This document shows positions 14,323 through 27,322 of a DNA stretch of 64,000 nt, piece after piece. The stretch spans positions 34,782,001-34,846,000 of the forward strand of contig JBHGNT010000001.1 of the NCBI GenBank assembly GCA_043228905.1, in the 5' to 3' direction. The notes beneath the pieces were generated by a model. The model was not told the DNA's origin and did no database searches. It was given only the letters and a program-made list of their open reading frames with translations. Positions within the stretch are counted from its first letter, which is position 1; every line of letters starts with the position of its first letter. A program made the position numbers and the translations under genes. Source of the DNA: Azolla caroliniana (taxonomy: Eukaryota; Plantae; Polypodiophyta).

Positions 14323-17300
14323 TTAAGGAGCCTGATTGAGAGGATTATCCGGTGACTTCCTCCATAATTTCCAGATTATCTCCCCATATTGTGTGTGGGT
14401 AAGCCCAGGTTTCTCTTGTTTTAATCTGAGAAGCTCAGCCTCCTCGAATGCCTGCATATAAGACAAAAAATAAGACCGTGCTATTAACTTCAGTTTCCTA
14501 GTGCTATGATGTTGATTCAAGCCCTCCAGTTGACAAGAAACTCTCTCTAAACTATTGTTCATCAAGGAGAATCGAGAGCCATGGATGGTGCTCTTGTGAT
14601 GTCATGCCAGAAGAAGAATTGAAGTTCATTTTTATTCTAGGATTCTGAGTGTGTTTGTTAGCATAAAAAGGATTACTTCAAGTCTGAATGATAAACAAGC
14701 TCAAGATGGATTGGTTCAGCTCATTCCTATTCAAGTTTCCTGTGGCTGGGCAAGGCCCGGTTCAGATTGTCAATTCTTCCAGTGTTTCCAAGTTTAATTT
14801 GGCGAAGGCTCTCCAAATCCAGGCATCAAACTGTTATCTATTGCAGCAGCTCTCAACACGCTGAGTGCTTAAGTTATCTTTGGGGATGTAAAGTGGCCAT
14901 TTCAGATATGGTATCAGGTAAAGTTTTGGCACAAGGAGCATGTGAATTATGCATCTCTTCAAAATCACAATGATTCTATCTCATGATTCAATGCTTGGTT
15001 TGGCCATCAAAACTATATACGATTCTATCTCCATAGATGGCTTGCAGAAGATACGCCAAGATCAACTCCCAAATGAAGCCTCTCATCGAGCTTCCAAAAG
15101 CCCTTTCCCAAAGAAGCCGCAGGTGAAGTTGCAGTCAACTAGGTATCGCTTGCATTGCCTGCTACTCTTCTTCAGTGTGATAACCAAAGCTTCCTTGCCA
15201 ATGCTTGGAAACATTGTATTACCCTAACCAAACATATTGAAGTCCAGTACCATTAGGTTTGTGAATGCCTCTTATCGAGCTTCCAAATCCCTTTCTCTTG
15301 GCAATCACTGTGTATGATAGTCAATGTGCATCTCTACATATATCAGTAGCCCTACTTTCTCAAGGCCAGATTAGAAGACTTTTAGCCTGATAGAGGGATA
15401 GGGGGGAGTCTTTAAGTCAGCGGAGTTTTAAATGCCTAGGAAATAATAATATAAGATTCGTTACCTTGTGAGAGTTACCTATATCCACCAGACATCTATT
15501 TCACTGTCAACATGATTAGGTCTTTAAATTCTAAGTCTTGATGATTTGATTGCAATGCCACATGTGATACATTTGTGGTACAACTTCTCACAAGATCTAT
15601 TACAGTGGTGTTTGTTGCAGTCTTTGAGGATGGTAAAATTCTGATTGGGCCAGGAGCCGCAACACCTGTCAATCAACTACAAAAATGGTCTTTAGGTGGG
15701 GTTCACATCCCACAACATGGAGGAACTAGCAGCAACATATGTTCATGCTTTCATCAAGATGAGTACCGGGCTGCTTGTTTTGCATCCTGTGAAGAATTGG
15801 CTATGTCTACTTCTTAGTAGGTTGCGGTCTCTTTAGTCTAAGATATCTTTAATCAGGTGTTGATCCGTCCAAGATATTCTCACCTCATATTGGAATACCT
15901 GGGTCGGAGGGCTCATCTTTCTTGGAGAAACATTACAGCAGATTGTGATACTCCTAATTGCAAACTTGTCAGTTAAAACACTCACAATATATGAGTTTCT
16001 TTGTTGGGGCGCTAAAAACCCATCGCATATTGATGAGGATTTGAGCTAATAGACAATCATGCAGAGCAGACATTGGGATGGGCTCAAGCATGTATGGGTC
16101 AGTGGTTTATATGTTCAAAGAAGCAGATGGTCTTTTAATATGATGCAAACGTATGTGATAGAGTGAGGTGTGAGAGATAAAGAAACAGAAAAAAAGAATA
16201 AAAAGAGAATTTGACAATATAACAATTGCCCCATATGGAACTATTTATATCTTTGAGAAAATAATCAGAAATCAGTTTGTTCTAATGAGCTTCCAGGAAA
16301 TTCTCTACTTAGGCTTAACATGTGAAAATACAGGAGTGAGCAAATAGCCCTAAACTTCTGCTGATATTAAACCTATTTTTGAAATAACCCCTTATGATAA
16401 AAAATTCTCTATAAATGCACTCACTCCAATTAAACCGCCTTATTCATAAATTTGTGGGATATCATATGCATAACCATATGTAATACATGCAAAGTAAGCC
16501 GCTTGCTAGATTCAGGAGTCAGGGGCATACTTAAAGTGGCATGACAAATGGGCTAATCGCATTCACATGTGAATCTGATTAGCTATGTAGAAATAGTATG
16601 GATTGTTACATAGCAATAGGTGAGTGAAGAAAGAATTTCAAACAGCCATCATAATGTTTCAGAATCTGGAGATGATACAGTGTTTTTACAAACTAAAAAG
16701 CACGACAAAACAGTATTCCAAAATTCTCTGCATAAAACTGGGCATTAATGAAAATAAAACTTACATGCATGCAAAAAACACCAGTTTGCGAAGATCCTAA
16801 CATGCATTTTGATCAATCAAGGAACAGGTTTTTGCATCTCATTCGCGTAAGTAAGAGTGAGTGGAGACTGACACAACTCATAATTTTGATTGGTCAAAAA
16901 ACAGTTTCTGCCTTGAAATCCAAAGAGTAAGAACTATTTACTTTGCAAATTAGCACATACAATGTTTTGATTGGTTGAAAATTTTATTCTTTGTGAAGCC
17001 CTGCATCTTAAACCCCAAATTAAAGTCTCTAATTCCAATAAGTAAAGAGTCGGACAAGTATGATCCACTCACTTTGCAAACTAGCACATACCATATTTTG
17101 ATTGGTTCAAATTCTTTATTTCTTTTTTAAGCCTCAGCACCCTAAATCCCAAACTAACGCCTCTAATCCCAATAAGTAAATAATCTCACTCCCAAACTAA
17201 CAACTAACCCATAACTCATGTTTTGCTCGGTCAGGAAAAAAACAGGATTTTTCAAGAAGCCTCAGAGCCCTAATCCCTAAAATGTGGCTTCTCCTTCCAA

Positions 17301-17926
17301 AAGAGTTTAACTGAAAACATAAGTTCAAATACGGCTAGGAAATTCAACAAACAACATACCTTGAATGCTGCTTTCAGCCTTCTCTCAGGATGCCGATCCT
17401 GTGGGAGCTCACTCGTGGATGCCAGAGAAATCTGGGCAATGGCTGTATCGACTGACCGTGCATCCACAAGACTGTCCTCCCGGTTCGTATTCACGACATC
17501 AATGAGCTTCTCATACTCCTCAGTATCAGCCATCCGCCGATCCCTCTTCTTCGCTGCCTCAGCATCAGCTAAGATCTTGCTCTCTTCCTGTTCTTTCCGG
17601 AGGGCTAGCTCGGCAGCCGTCACCTTTGGGGCGGGTATCGAGACACGGCCAAGCTTCTTGTCGACTCTCTTCCCGTATGAATCCAATTCTTTCTCTTCGA
17701 GTTCTGCAAGCTTCTTGGCCTCGGCTTTCTTGGCGATCGCCTCGGCCCTTCGGGCAGCATCCTCTTCTTTCTTCTTCGCGGCCCGCGACTTCCCGCCCTC
17801 CGCTTCCTTCCAATACAAATCCACCTTCTCGTTCGCTTCTCGCTCCTTCTTCTCCGCCTCCGAGGCGGCCTTGCGGGCACGAGCCTCCTCGGCCTTGCTG
17901 TTCACGCCAAGCACCTTCTTGGGCAT
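14323..17926 (-). CDS. CCDC124: Coiled-coil domain-containing protein 124 (CCDC124/Lso2-like)
   Basis: Exon 1 17926-17360: MPKKVLGVNSKAEEARARK...W......K...NTNR...DARSVDTAIAQ..DRHPERRLKAAFK|gt. A ~2.9 kb intron follows. Exon 2 14451-14323: AFEEAELLRLKQEKPGLTHTQY.EIIWKLWRKSPDNPLNQ. Confidence 0.93.
15500..16000 (-). mobile_element. Heavily decayed LINE reverse-transcriptase remnant in the CCDC124 intron
   Basis: Frameshifted minus-strand peptides in the expected order: RSITICCNVS (~RPITLLNVS), GENILDG (~GRxILD), EVDIAN (~KLDIxKA) and a possible RQGC.LAP trace. No intact ORF; boundaries approximate. Confidence 0.4.
16790..17290. repeat. Degenerate tandem array (~110-140 bp unit) in the CCDC124 intron
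   Basis: Best pair is 16939-17046 and 17070-17180 (actttgcaaa.tagcacatac.at.ttttgattggtt...ctctaat.ccaataagtaaa). Weaker copies of cat..ttttgattggtca at about 16801, 16879 and 17217. Confidence 0.75.
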
Positions 17927-19743
17927 CGTCAGAAATAATGGCAATCCTCTGTCTCTGCGTCTTTGCTTATGCCGTGATGGCTTCCTCCTCCTCGTTTCTT
18001 CCTTCTTCTATTAATGGAAAAGGATTTCACCAAGACGATGGTGTCTATCATCTGTTGGCACTGCGAAGCACCCCTGTTTTATTGACTGTATCTTTATTCG
18101 TATTTGCATTCGTATTCGTATTCGTAGTTGTGTTCGTATTTGTATTTTTACTTCGCATTTGCATATGTATTTGTATTTGTATTCGTATTCATTCAAACTT
18201 ACTTTCTATTCTATTCATGTATGCCTTTCTTGAGATGGCCTAATTAAGCCCGTCTCTATCCTCATTTTTAAGAGGAGATTTAGGATATTCTTGATGAGCA
18301 TTGGGTCAAGATGAGTTCAGACATCATCCAGTAAGGATTGATCTCGAGTTTAGTGGTGATTAGGAAGCCTAATTAGCTCAGGGACAAGGTGTTTTAAGGA
18401 TTAGTAGCCCGAAGTATATTTGGGATCATCTAGAGATTTAGGATTACTTCCCTCTCTCTTCCATACTCATCCCTCATTTTTGTCATTTGATGTGGGAACA
18501 TGTCACAATGTGGTAATTTACATGCAACATGGATGTAAAAGAAATTTCCTTTAGGTGTGCTTAAATCGGATGTGTAAGGTATATATGTGTTATATATACC
18601 AAGATCAAGTTCAAAATTGCCAAATGATCTGGCATGTCAAACTAACATATCAAGTTTAAATTATCTAGGAAACTTACCATTTCAAGGATCTTTTAGTTTG
18701 CGCACACATTATATAGGCTCTGATATTGTTCCATTAACTTTTAGGTCGCTCTATTCTTTCCATAGTTTGAATTCTTTCTATGATTCTCTTCACTCGTTGG
18801 AGTGAAAAATAAAATGCTAGGTTCTAATCCAAATCCCTCACTTCATACCATATGCATTGTAAAATTTTGAATCTACGAACTACAAAGATATAGGTACTCT
18901 ACACTCGATCTTTGGTGTCACGGATGGAGTAACAGGCACATGCCCGTTGGTACCAATCTTCTTTCATGTGCACTTGATACAACATTTCTATTATTACCAC
19001 CATTTGGCTTTCTTTTTCGCTCTTCGAGGTCTGACATAGTTGCAAGGGTTCGTCACTGCCTACTTCTCCACAGTCCTCTACACGGAGTGGAAAATTCTAA
19101 CTCAATGCTTGTTGGACTTCAACGTGATGAAAACTACTTCAGCCTGGTTCAAGTTTGTTGCTTCAAATATGTGTTTTCTAACTAGATGCGTAAAATATAA
19201 GTTTAAACTAGCAAGTTAAAATATTTAAAGAATTCCACCCATTGGAAGGTTCACATCTCAAAGACGAAATCAAATGTTTTTTAGTCCAAGATGAAGAAGA
19301 TTTACATCCAACATCATCTTTGCCATGGCATCATTTATATCTATTCATTCTTACAATTGTCCCGTCATAACACAAACATGTCAAACATCAATCTGACTCA
19401 AAACTTCATATTAATGGGTGTTATTGTCTTTCAAGAGACATTATCATAAAGACTGAAATGTACACCCATATCTTCATCTTTTAAGGGACCTTATATGTTA
19501 TACATAGCCAAGTCCTTACACCTCGAACTAGAGAATGACAAAGTTGGTTCTCTTGATCTTATATATAACAAATTGGCAAAAAAATCATATTTCAAGTCCC
19601 ATTGTACTCTTTGTTGGAACCAATGTGCCATCTCTTATCTTCAATTGAGCTCTTTTTATTTTGGTCCCTATAATACACAATGTGTGATGTTAGTAGTTTC
19701 CCTTCATTGACCTTTGTCAATGTAAGTACAAGTTCTACACAAA

Positions 19744-22479
19744 CTAAGCCCTCTTTTGTGCCTTTGCCAAAGTTAGTATAATATTTAACACGGTTCCCCT
19801 CATTTTACTCATTGCTCGAGGTGTAATTTTTTCTTGTAGCAGATCTTTGCATTTAATAGACCCGACTAGTCCGCATGTATATGCTTTAAGTAGAACTTCC
19901 GCTATTCCCATTACATAGAGACCACAATCATAACCATTATCTTGCTGCGGAGTCCAGACCTCCTCAAATTGTGTGGCTGAGCTATTGGAACCTGAACAGA
20001 ATCCATTGTGGAGGCAATAAGTTCCATTGCAATTGGAAATTACGATATCAGGATGAAACCTCCCTCTCTGAGGTACACTCAAGCTTTTCCTTATTTCCCA
20101 AATGCCCATGAGTTTTTATTATTTCCCCATATGTTCTTGGTCAACCCTCAAAGGGGAGAAAAAGGGTACCAGTTCACTGTATAAGTGCTCAAACACCATT
20201 TATAGAAGGGGATGAATTGAGCATAGCACATAGAACTGCCTTTTTGTTTTTTGTTTTTCTTTGGGGGGAGGGGGAGTGTGGGGAGTGTGAGGGTTGACCA
20301 AGGGCATATATGGAGATGATGAAAACTCATGGACATTCAGAAAAATAAAAATAAAAATTTGGGGGTACTTTGAAGTTCTTTCCCTAAACAAGGGCCCTTA
20401 TTGATCTCTCTTTCTTACCCAAAAACATTTTGATGGTAGATGCAAGCTTTTTCGCCACCTTAGCATTCATTCCACCCATGGTATCATAGTGCTCAAATTT
20501 ATTAAGGCTCCTATAAATAGAACATTGAATGAAATTTGTAAAGAGGAAGGGCTGGAGCTCTCACTTAACACAGTAGAAAATAAAACAAAATACCTGTAAT
20601 ATACAAGTAAAGACCAATGCTGACCTCCACCCGCAGAATCCACATCTTCATTATCATTAACAACAAACATAACTAACTACAGACAGGAAAAGGTTGAAAT
20701 TACTGAATATAACTTCATGAAAGAAATAAAGTTGTGAAAAAAACGACTGATACACTAACAGCTAAATGTTTTCAACTTTCATGTCAAATTAGGAAGGATC
20801 TTATTTTAGAAATATAAAAAGTGTTAAAATCACAAACTTAAAAAAACCTACTATATTCATTTTGATGCCCAACAGGCACGACTCAAAAGACTGATGATAG
20901 GTACAGCCATCATTACTAGGCATCGGGAGACATTTTCCTTTGTTTGACATCATCTCCATATCTTGTATATCTTAGTACAATGCCAATTTCAGTTTTGTCA
21001 ACCATATATTGATATTAGTTACAACATGTAGTAAACTTTGGCATACATTCATAGGTAGACTTCATGTAGATCAAATGATTTTCTGTCCTATTATTCCAGA
21101 AAAACTTTTCGTTTTTCCCATTTTTCCCTTGAGACAGTGTCTGTTCACCATACATTATTACATATATGGTATTACAGTCTTGGCCAATGTTAGTTTGCGG
21201 CGTACCCTTCTAAAGTCTCAACCAATGTGCATTTTTGTAACACAACCAGCATGAGTTCACCACATGGTTACAAGATCTCAGCTATGAAGCATTTGCAAAG
21301 CAACAAACATGCACTCTTCATGCGACCAATGTGCATTTGCCACATAAGGTCATAAAGCCTCAACCAATGTGGGTTTGGGAAGCAATCGAAGTGAGTTTGT
21401 CACACAAGAAGTATATTTGCCAACCAATCTATGTGTGCTCATCACGCAACCAATGTTTTCATTGGTTGTGTTCATCATGCAATCAATGTTCTAAAATCTC
21501 AGCCAATGTATTTAGCAAGAATTTATAGTATGTTTATCACAAACTCATTATTTGACATGTATGCTCCTAAAGTATCAACTAATGTGTGTGTTTGCCACAC
21601 AACCAAAGTGAGTTCAACAAACGGTTATAAGGTCTCAGCAATGTGTGTGTTTGCCAAGCAACTCACGTATACTCGTCATGCAACCAAGACCAACATGCAT
21701 TTGCCACAGAAGGTTATAAAGCCTCAACCAATGTGTATGTTTTTCGCGCAACTGATGTGTCTTCACCGTGCAACCATTGTGAAAAAAGTGAGTTTTTCAC
21801 GCAGCCAGTATTCTAAACTCTCAACCAATGTCTTGATTTTTTCACGCAGCCATTATTCTAAATTCTCGACCTATGAGTTTTCCAAGCTATCAATGTGCTT
21901 TCATCTACAACCATGTGTAGTAATCAATCACACACAACCAATGTGTAACAACATACATTTCTAAAATCTCAACCACTATGTGTTTGACAAGTACAACACA
22001 AAAATCTAACCAATGTGAAAACATATGGTTTGAAAAGAGGTTCAGCCAACTTGGTGTGAACTAGAGCCAAGAGATATAACCACAAGTATGGAATCTACAG
22101 CCTTGTTGAGTGTTAAACTCGAAGGAAACAGAAACATAAAGCAAAACACTAATCTTTCAACTTCGAAAACAATGATGCTGGTAAAAGAGCATAGTACCTC
22201 GCGCTGGGGGAGGAGAAGAGGATCGACGGAATCACGCAAGGTTTCAGAAGTTCCGGGGCAGTGAGAGATCCAGAAGGCAACGACAGGCGGGAGTAAGAGA
22301 ATCGTATTCTTGTTCGAGTGTTTCTGTTCTTCTTCTTCGTGTTGTTCAGTAGGATCAAGGAGATAGATGAAATAGAACTCGATAATACGATCGTTGATGA
22401 AGGCATTGCTTCTGCGCAGAATCTCTAAGTCTGAGGTCCTGAGAACAACGTCGCCATAGCTCAACACCTTCTCATCCAT
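19744..22479 (-). CDS. SENP8: NEDD8-specific protease 1 (SENP8/DEN1, Ulp1/C48 family)
   Basis: Exons 22479-22198, 20676-20594, 20510-20419 and 19991-19744. Motifs: VLSYGDVVLR.SDL.IL, F.NDRIIEFYF, VNDNEDV..AGGGQHWSLLVY, F.HYD..G.N, TPQQDNGYDCGLYV. His-Asp-Cys triad intact. Confidence 0.95.
20051..20384. mobile_element. MITE/foldback element with long imperfect TIRs (Mutator-like) in SENP8 intron 3
   Basis: cttggtcaaccctca (20136-20150) is the exact reverse complement of tgagggttgaccaag (20288-20302). catgagtttt (20107-20116) pairs with aaaactcatg (20322-20331). Similarity extends outward; outer limits approximate. Confidence 0.75.
21175..22020. repeat. Long degenerate minisatellite (core tctcaaccaatgtg) in SENP8 intron 1
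   Basis: More than 10 recurrences of (t/c)ctcaaccaatgtg / gcaaccaa with variable spacing; explains the repetitive ORF 21431-21964. Confidence 0.85.
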
Positions 22480-22534
22480 CCGTCTGTGTATGAGGTCCTC
22501 TCCCTCTCTCTCTCTGTCTCTGAAAAGAAGTGAA

Positions 22535-22625
22535 TTACAGAAATAATCCCTGAGCTTTTTTTCCTTATTTCCCCAAATGCCCCTGAATTTTCATTATTTC
22601 TCCTAATGCCCTTGGCCCACTCCCC
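22535..22625. mobile_element. Solo TIR arm of the same MITE family, directly upstream of SENP8
   Basis: ttttccttatttccccaaatgcccctgaattttcattatttctcctaatgcccttggccc aligns with the left arm at about 20085-20145 (ttttccttatttcccaaatgcccatgagtttttattatttccccatatgttcttggtc). Confidence 0.6.
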
Positions 22626-23233
22626 AAGTAGAAGTTGAGTTGTGCAGCGACGAGGGCAAATATTGGGGGTACAGGCCCGTTGTTTGCATCCTACTTATTT
22701 TTATATACATAATCATATAGCCTTTACATTCTATTTATTTTATATAATCATGTACATTATGTATATTATTATTAACTATGTATATAATCATCTTTCTCTA
22801 GAACTATGTATATTATTAACTATGTATTAATTCTAAGCTAATTGTAAAGTGTCGTCTCGTCCTCCACAATGGCATGGAGTTGAGATAAAAGTTTATCGTT
22901 GATGGTCGCCATTAGGGAGTGGTGCCCTCGATTCCTCTTGGGGAGTTCTTGAGCTTCTTCTATTTGGAACCTAAGGGAGTGGATGATGGTTTATTAAGGT
23001 ACCAGTTTCTCTTGTACTAAATATGGAGGCCTACGAAGCAAACAAAGCTTCTACCTCTTCGTGTGTCTACTTAATATTCATTTGCATAACTACCTATGTC
23101 ACTATCGAGAATTCTCTCTTGATTTGCCTCGTGTAATCAACAATAATCTTGATTTCTTTAGTCTTTAATCATGTTCAATAACATTATGCCACTTGGTCTT
23201 TATATGTGGTCATTAAAATATGTAAAAGTAATC

Positions 23234-23610
23234 ATTTCCTAAGCCCATTAATATTCCTCTTTGGTGTCTTGTAGCGTAATGTTTGTGCACTCCTTAATGC
23301 ATCACTTCACATTCCATGTTTTGAGTCCTTGGATGTTGAGGAAATGCATTCATTAACATTGGCGGTATTGACAAACATTTGTCGGATAATTTGGATAGCA
23401 TATATTGTCTAAACCATATTTCTAAAGTCTCGTTGAAAGGATTTTCCTAAACCCGTTAATATTCCTTGTCGGTGACTTTTTGTGACCTAATGTTTATACA
23501 CTCCTCAATGCACCACCTCCATGTGATGTGGTAAGTCCTTAAATGTCAAGGGTATGCATTCATTAGCTTTGGTGGGATTGGCAAACTTTGTAGGGTTATT
23601 TGGATGGGCG
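23234..23610. repeat. Diverged direct repeat, two ~165 bp copies (period ~208 bp)
   Basis: tttcctaa.ccc.ttaatattcct...taatgttt...cactcct.aatgca.cac.tc...atgcattcatta.c.ttgg.gg.attg.caaac.tt at 23234-23400 and 23442-23610. Confidence 0.8.
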
Positions 23611-25569
23611 TGGGATAGTAACATGTATTCATAGACAAGTTCTTGTCAAGTCTTTATCAAAGTCAAATAAGAGTTTCCAAGAAGGATGGTCATACACATG
23701 GGAGTGGTGATGCCAAAATCAAGGCAATTCATACCGAAACTTCAAGTACTCATGCAATGATACAAATAGTGGTTTAGGTGTCAAGGTCTATTTGTGGACA
23801 TGGGACTATCCTCCTTCATGTCTTCTTTGTCTTGCTTGAGCGTCTAGTTCACTTGCAAAGTGAGAGGATCGCCTCTATAGTAGTGTAGTAACTTCATAAC
23901 ATGAACTTGACCCTTTTGCATCAATAATGTCTTCATGTATCTCATTGTATCATCATTGTTCCCTTTGTACGATATCAAAATGTAAATCACAAAATCATAA
24001 GGATGGTACTTGATCAAAGGGCTCGGCATTGTTAATTATGTTGGGAAAAATCATTGTCACAATGGGGCATTGTCTTCGCCAAGGAATAAAATGCTAGGTC
24101 ATCATCAAGTGTTGATAGCGAGGAATGCTTAATTAAGAAAGACACTTTATATGATTAGATAGAAGAAGAGTCAACAATTAGTATTCAATATTTTTCTATG
24201 AATAAACATAATGATGAAGAAATAACACAATCAGCTCTAATGACAATTGGCAAGATAAACGGAAACAACCATGCTAATTGCAACGAAGCCCAAACATTTA
24301 TTGTGTCGCCTTCTTATTACCATAGGCATTGCATCTCCACATAACATTACGAAGTTTTGGAGTTGTTTTTTTATGTTGTTTCATTTACACATTGTTTTCC
24401 TTTGACATGCAAGATGTCTTGTAAGATATGAGTTGTAAATGATTCCTTTGTACATTCTTAACTAATGGAAGTAGATGTTTTTGGAAAAAAAAAAACATTA
24501 CAAAGTTAAAAAGTAATAGTTACACCTATCAAACAACTAAAACCTTAAGAAATTCACCTGAAATCAAGAAGCAAATCAACCCTTTCATAGGGTCTTATAC
24601 CAATAGAATCCATGGCCACCAATGAGACCTAGGAAGTTCACACCATTACCAACATAGGGAATTTCACTAACATTTGATAGTTTGCAATTTGCGCTCTAGA
24701 TATATTTTGCTTATAATAATAATACCATATGTAATATCAAGAAAGTTGTTTGTACACATTATATTGTATATACATAAATTATTTGTTGGTCAATTGTTTT
24801 CTATTAAGAAATGCACCTTTTTTTACAATTGAATCACTTTTTTATGGGTTTTCTTATCATGATACTACATCGAATTTCTAACCGACATTTACATAAAAAT
24901 ATATATTATAATAGAACATGTTGTTGACAATGACCGAGGAGTATGGTATCAAAACATATTGTCTTTTTCAACGTTGGATAATTGTTACATGAATAATGTA
25001 TACAATTATTTCAATATATAAAATAGAAAAATATACTTGAAATGTCAAGCTAGTATCCCTCGATTAAATATGTGATTTTGCAATGGTTAGTGGCTGCAAA
25101 TTTAGAAACTAGAGTATTCTTTTCACTTCAAAAATATGTCATTTACACCACGACTTTCCAAAGGGGTTATGCTAGAATGATAGAGAAATAACAACAATAG
25201 TGTGCTGTATTTCAATTTTCAACCATGTTTACTATTTTCTTGAAGCATTAATGATGCATCGTGTTCAGTGCTGAGCACAAATACAAACACCCTTCTTGGT
25301 TGTGTTGTGTTCTAACATGAACATGTATTGGTATTCAATTTGCATGGTTGTTAGATGACGAGCCACGAGAGTCAAACACGAGGGGAGCGTGTTTTATTGC
25401 TTAAAGTCCCTATTATTTTTGTGTTAACTATAATATAATGTTATGATCTTAAGTAATTAAAATTATATCTTCTAGTTTTGATGCTCACCGAAAATCATGT
25501 GTGTGTGCGGGCGCAATAATAGTCAACACCTAAACTTACACAATATTATAAATGACTTTTCTCGCTCTC

Positions 25570-25605
<36 letters not shown>

Positions 25606-26410
25606 TAAGGTTCTGTCTTAATGGTAAGCCATGAACTATGTTAGGTTGTGTCATAGTGAGAAACCATAAATTCATGAACCATGTCTAAATCTTGCTATTT
25701 GCACAACGTTATTAGATTGCAAAGTTCGATACGTGACCCTATGGTCTTCGCCATCCAATCCCTTTCTCTATTTTCAAATTAGATTTTTACTCTAATGATA
25801 TGCCAAGTTTTTAACTAACTCATGCATTGTCTATTTTTTGTTTGGGGAACCAGTTTCAAAATATTTGTAATCCACTACTTTACTAAGTGTTGCTTTGGAT
25901 CATATGATTCAATAAATATATTTAGTCTCATCCAGTGTTTCACTCTCAAAACAAACATCAAATCACACCTTATTGATGCAATCGCATAATGGAATGAGAA
26001 TGCCAAGAATAACAACTTTTAACTTTACTTCACTCATCTCCTCGTCCCATGTTATTTTATGCAAGTTGAGTAATCACCCTCTTACATACTCGTGGTTCTA
26101 AAGCCAAACTAGTCACTTGTATATGGCACTCTCACATTCTCTCATGACAATCATCAAACCAAGCCTCATTGATACAATTGCATAATGGGAGCAATTTGTA
26201 ATGATATAGTATACCGCAACCACATAAGCTTGAAATGTTCAAATGCCTATAGGGAAATAATGGGACATGTTTCAATGCCATTTAATGCAAGAAACACAAA
26301 TCTCCCTCTTTTTCACTTTGTAGTTATGATCTTGACATGGAGGAAGGGTGATGAAGAAACTTCCGAGTGCAAATGCGTTGACACTTTGTGAGAAGGACAA
26401 GGACGACAAG

Positions 26411-26815
26411 CATCCACAAATACAATGTGAAGCATTCACAAAAATTAGGCTATGCTTCCCATCATCAATTTACCATTGTGGGAAGCATCTCACATATGAT
26501 GCGAAGAATTCACATAAATCCTACAATGCTCCAAGCTAGACACACCATCCACAAATACAATGTGAAGCATTCACAAAAATTAGGCCATGCTTCCCATCAT
26601 CAATTTACCATCGTGGGAAGCATCTCACATATGATGCGAAGAATTCACATAAATCCTACAATGCTCCAAGCTAGACACACCATCCACAAATACAATGTGA
26701 AGCATTCACAAAAATTAGGCTATGCTTCCCATCATCAATTTACCATTGTGGGAAGCATCTCACATATGATGCAAAGAATTCACATAAATCCTACAATGCT
26801 CCAAATTAGACACAC
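26411..26815. repeat. Near-perfect 135-bp tandem repeat, 3 copies
   Basis: Unit begins catccacaaatacaatgtgaagcattcacaaaaattagg at 26411, 26546 and 26681, with only a few substitutions between copies. Confidence 0.97.
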
Positions 26816-27107
26816 CAACCCTCATGTCCCGAGCATGTGAGTGATTAAGAGAATTTATGAACCACAAGTAGCTACATAATATGCACCAATAAAGGAAACA
26901 TTATTGTAATATTCTTGTTGATCATTATGGGTCGTTTTTCTCGCATATGCTCCATTGACATCAAAAGCCTAGAAATTTTGGTTGATGTTGTGCTTGCACA
27001 AATCTCTCTCCCTCCCACACTCTTAACTTCGGCATCAAAGGCTTCATAGAGCAAGATACTTTCTATCAATGGTATACTATTTAGTTACATCACATGAATA
27101 TTTTAGA

Positions 27108-27194
27108 GGGAGCATTTACTAGATGCCTTGTCCCTTTTGGTTATTTCGTCCAACTACTCCTAAATTTCCATTATTTCCACGAATGCCATAGGGC

Positions 27195-27230
<36 letters not shown>

Positions 27231-27322
27231 ATTCCTTTATCTCTTTTATTTTAGATAATCGAGGGCTTAATGAAAACATGAGGGTATTTGAGGAGATATA
27301 AAAGACCTTGATGGTACTTCCA
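27108..27322. mobile_element. Third, more decayed copy of the Mutator-like MITE family, with internal (CT)n
   Basis: Left arm cttttggttatttcgtccaactactcctaaatttccattatttccacgaatgccatagggcaac resembles the arms at 20085 and 22555. Right arm aatgaaaacatgagggtatttgaggagatataaaag is roughly complementary. Confidence 0.45.

Noticed and set aside
17361-18243. Long plus-strand ORFs (217 aa, 205 aa) overlapping CCDC124
   Set aside because: Antisense shadows of a GC-rich, Lys/Glu/Ala-rich exon plus a (GTATTY)n microsatellite; no recognisable protein.
21331-21964. Repetitive 177-aa ORF
   Set aside because: By-product of the intronic minisatellite on the strand opposite SENP8.
26411-26815. CRISPR-like interpretation of the palindromic tandem repeat
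   Set aside because: Units are identical over their whole length with no unique spacers, there are no cas genes, and the context is eukaryotic.
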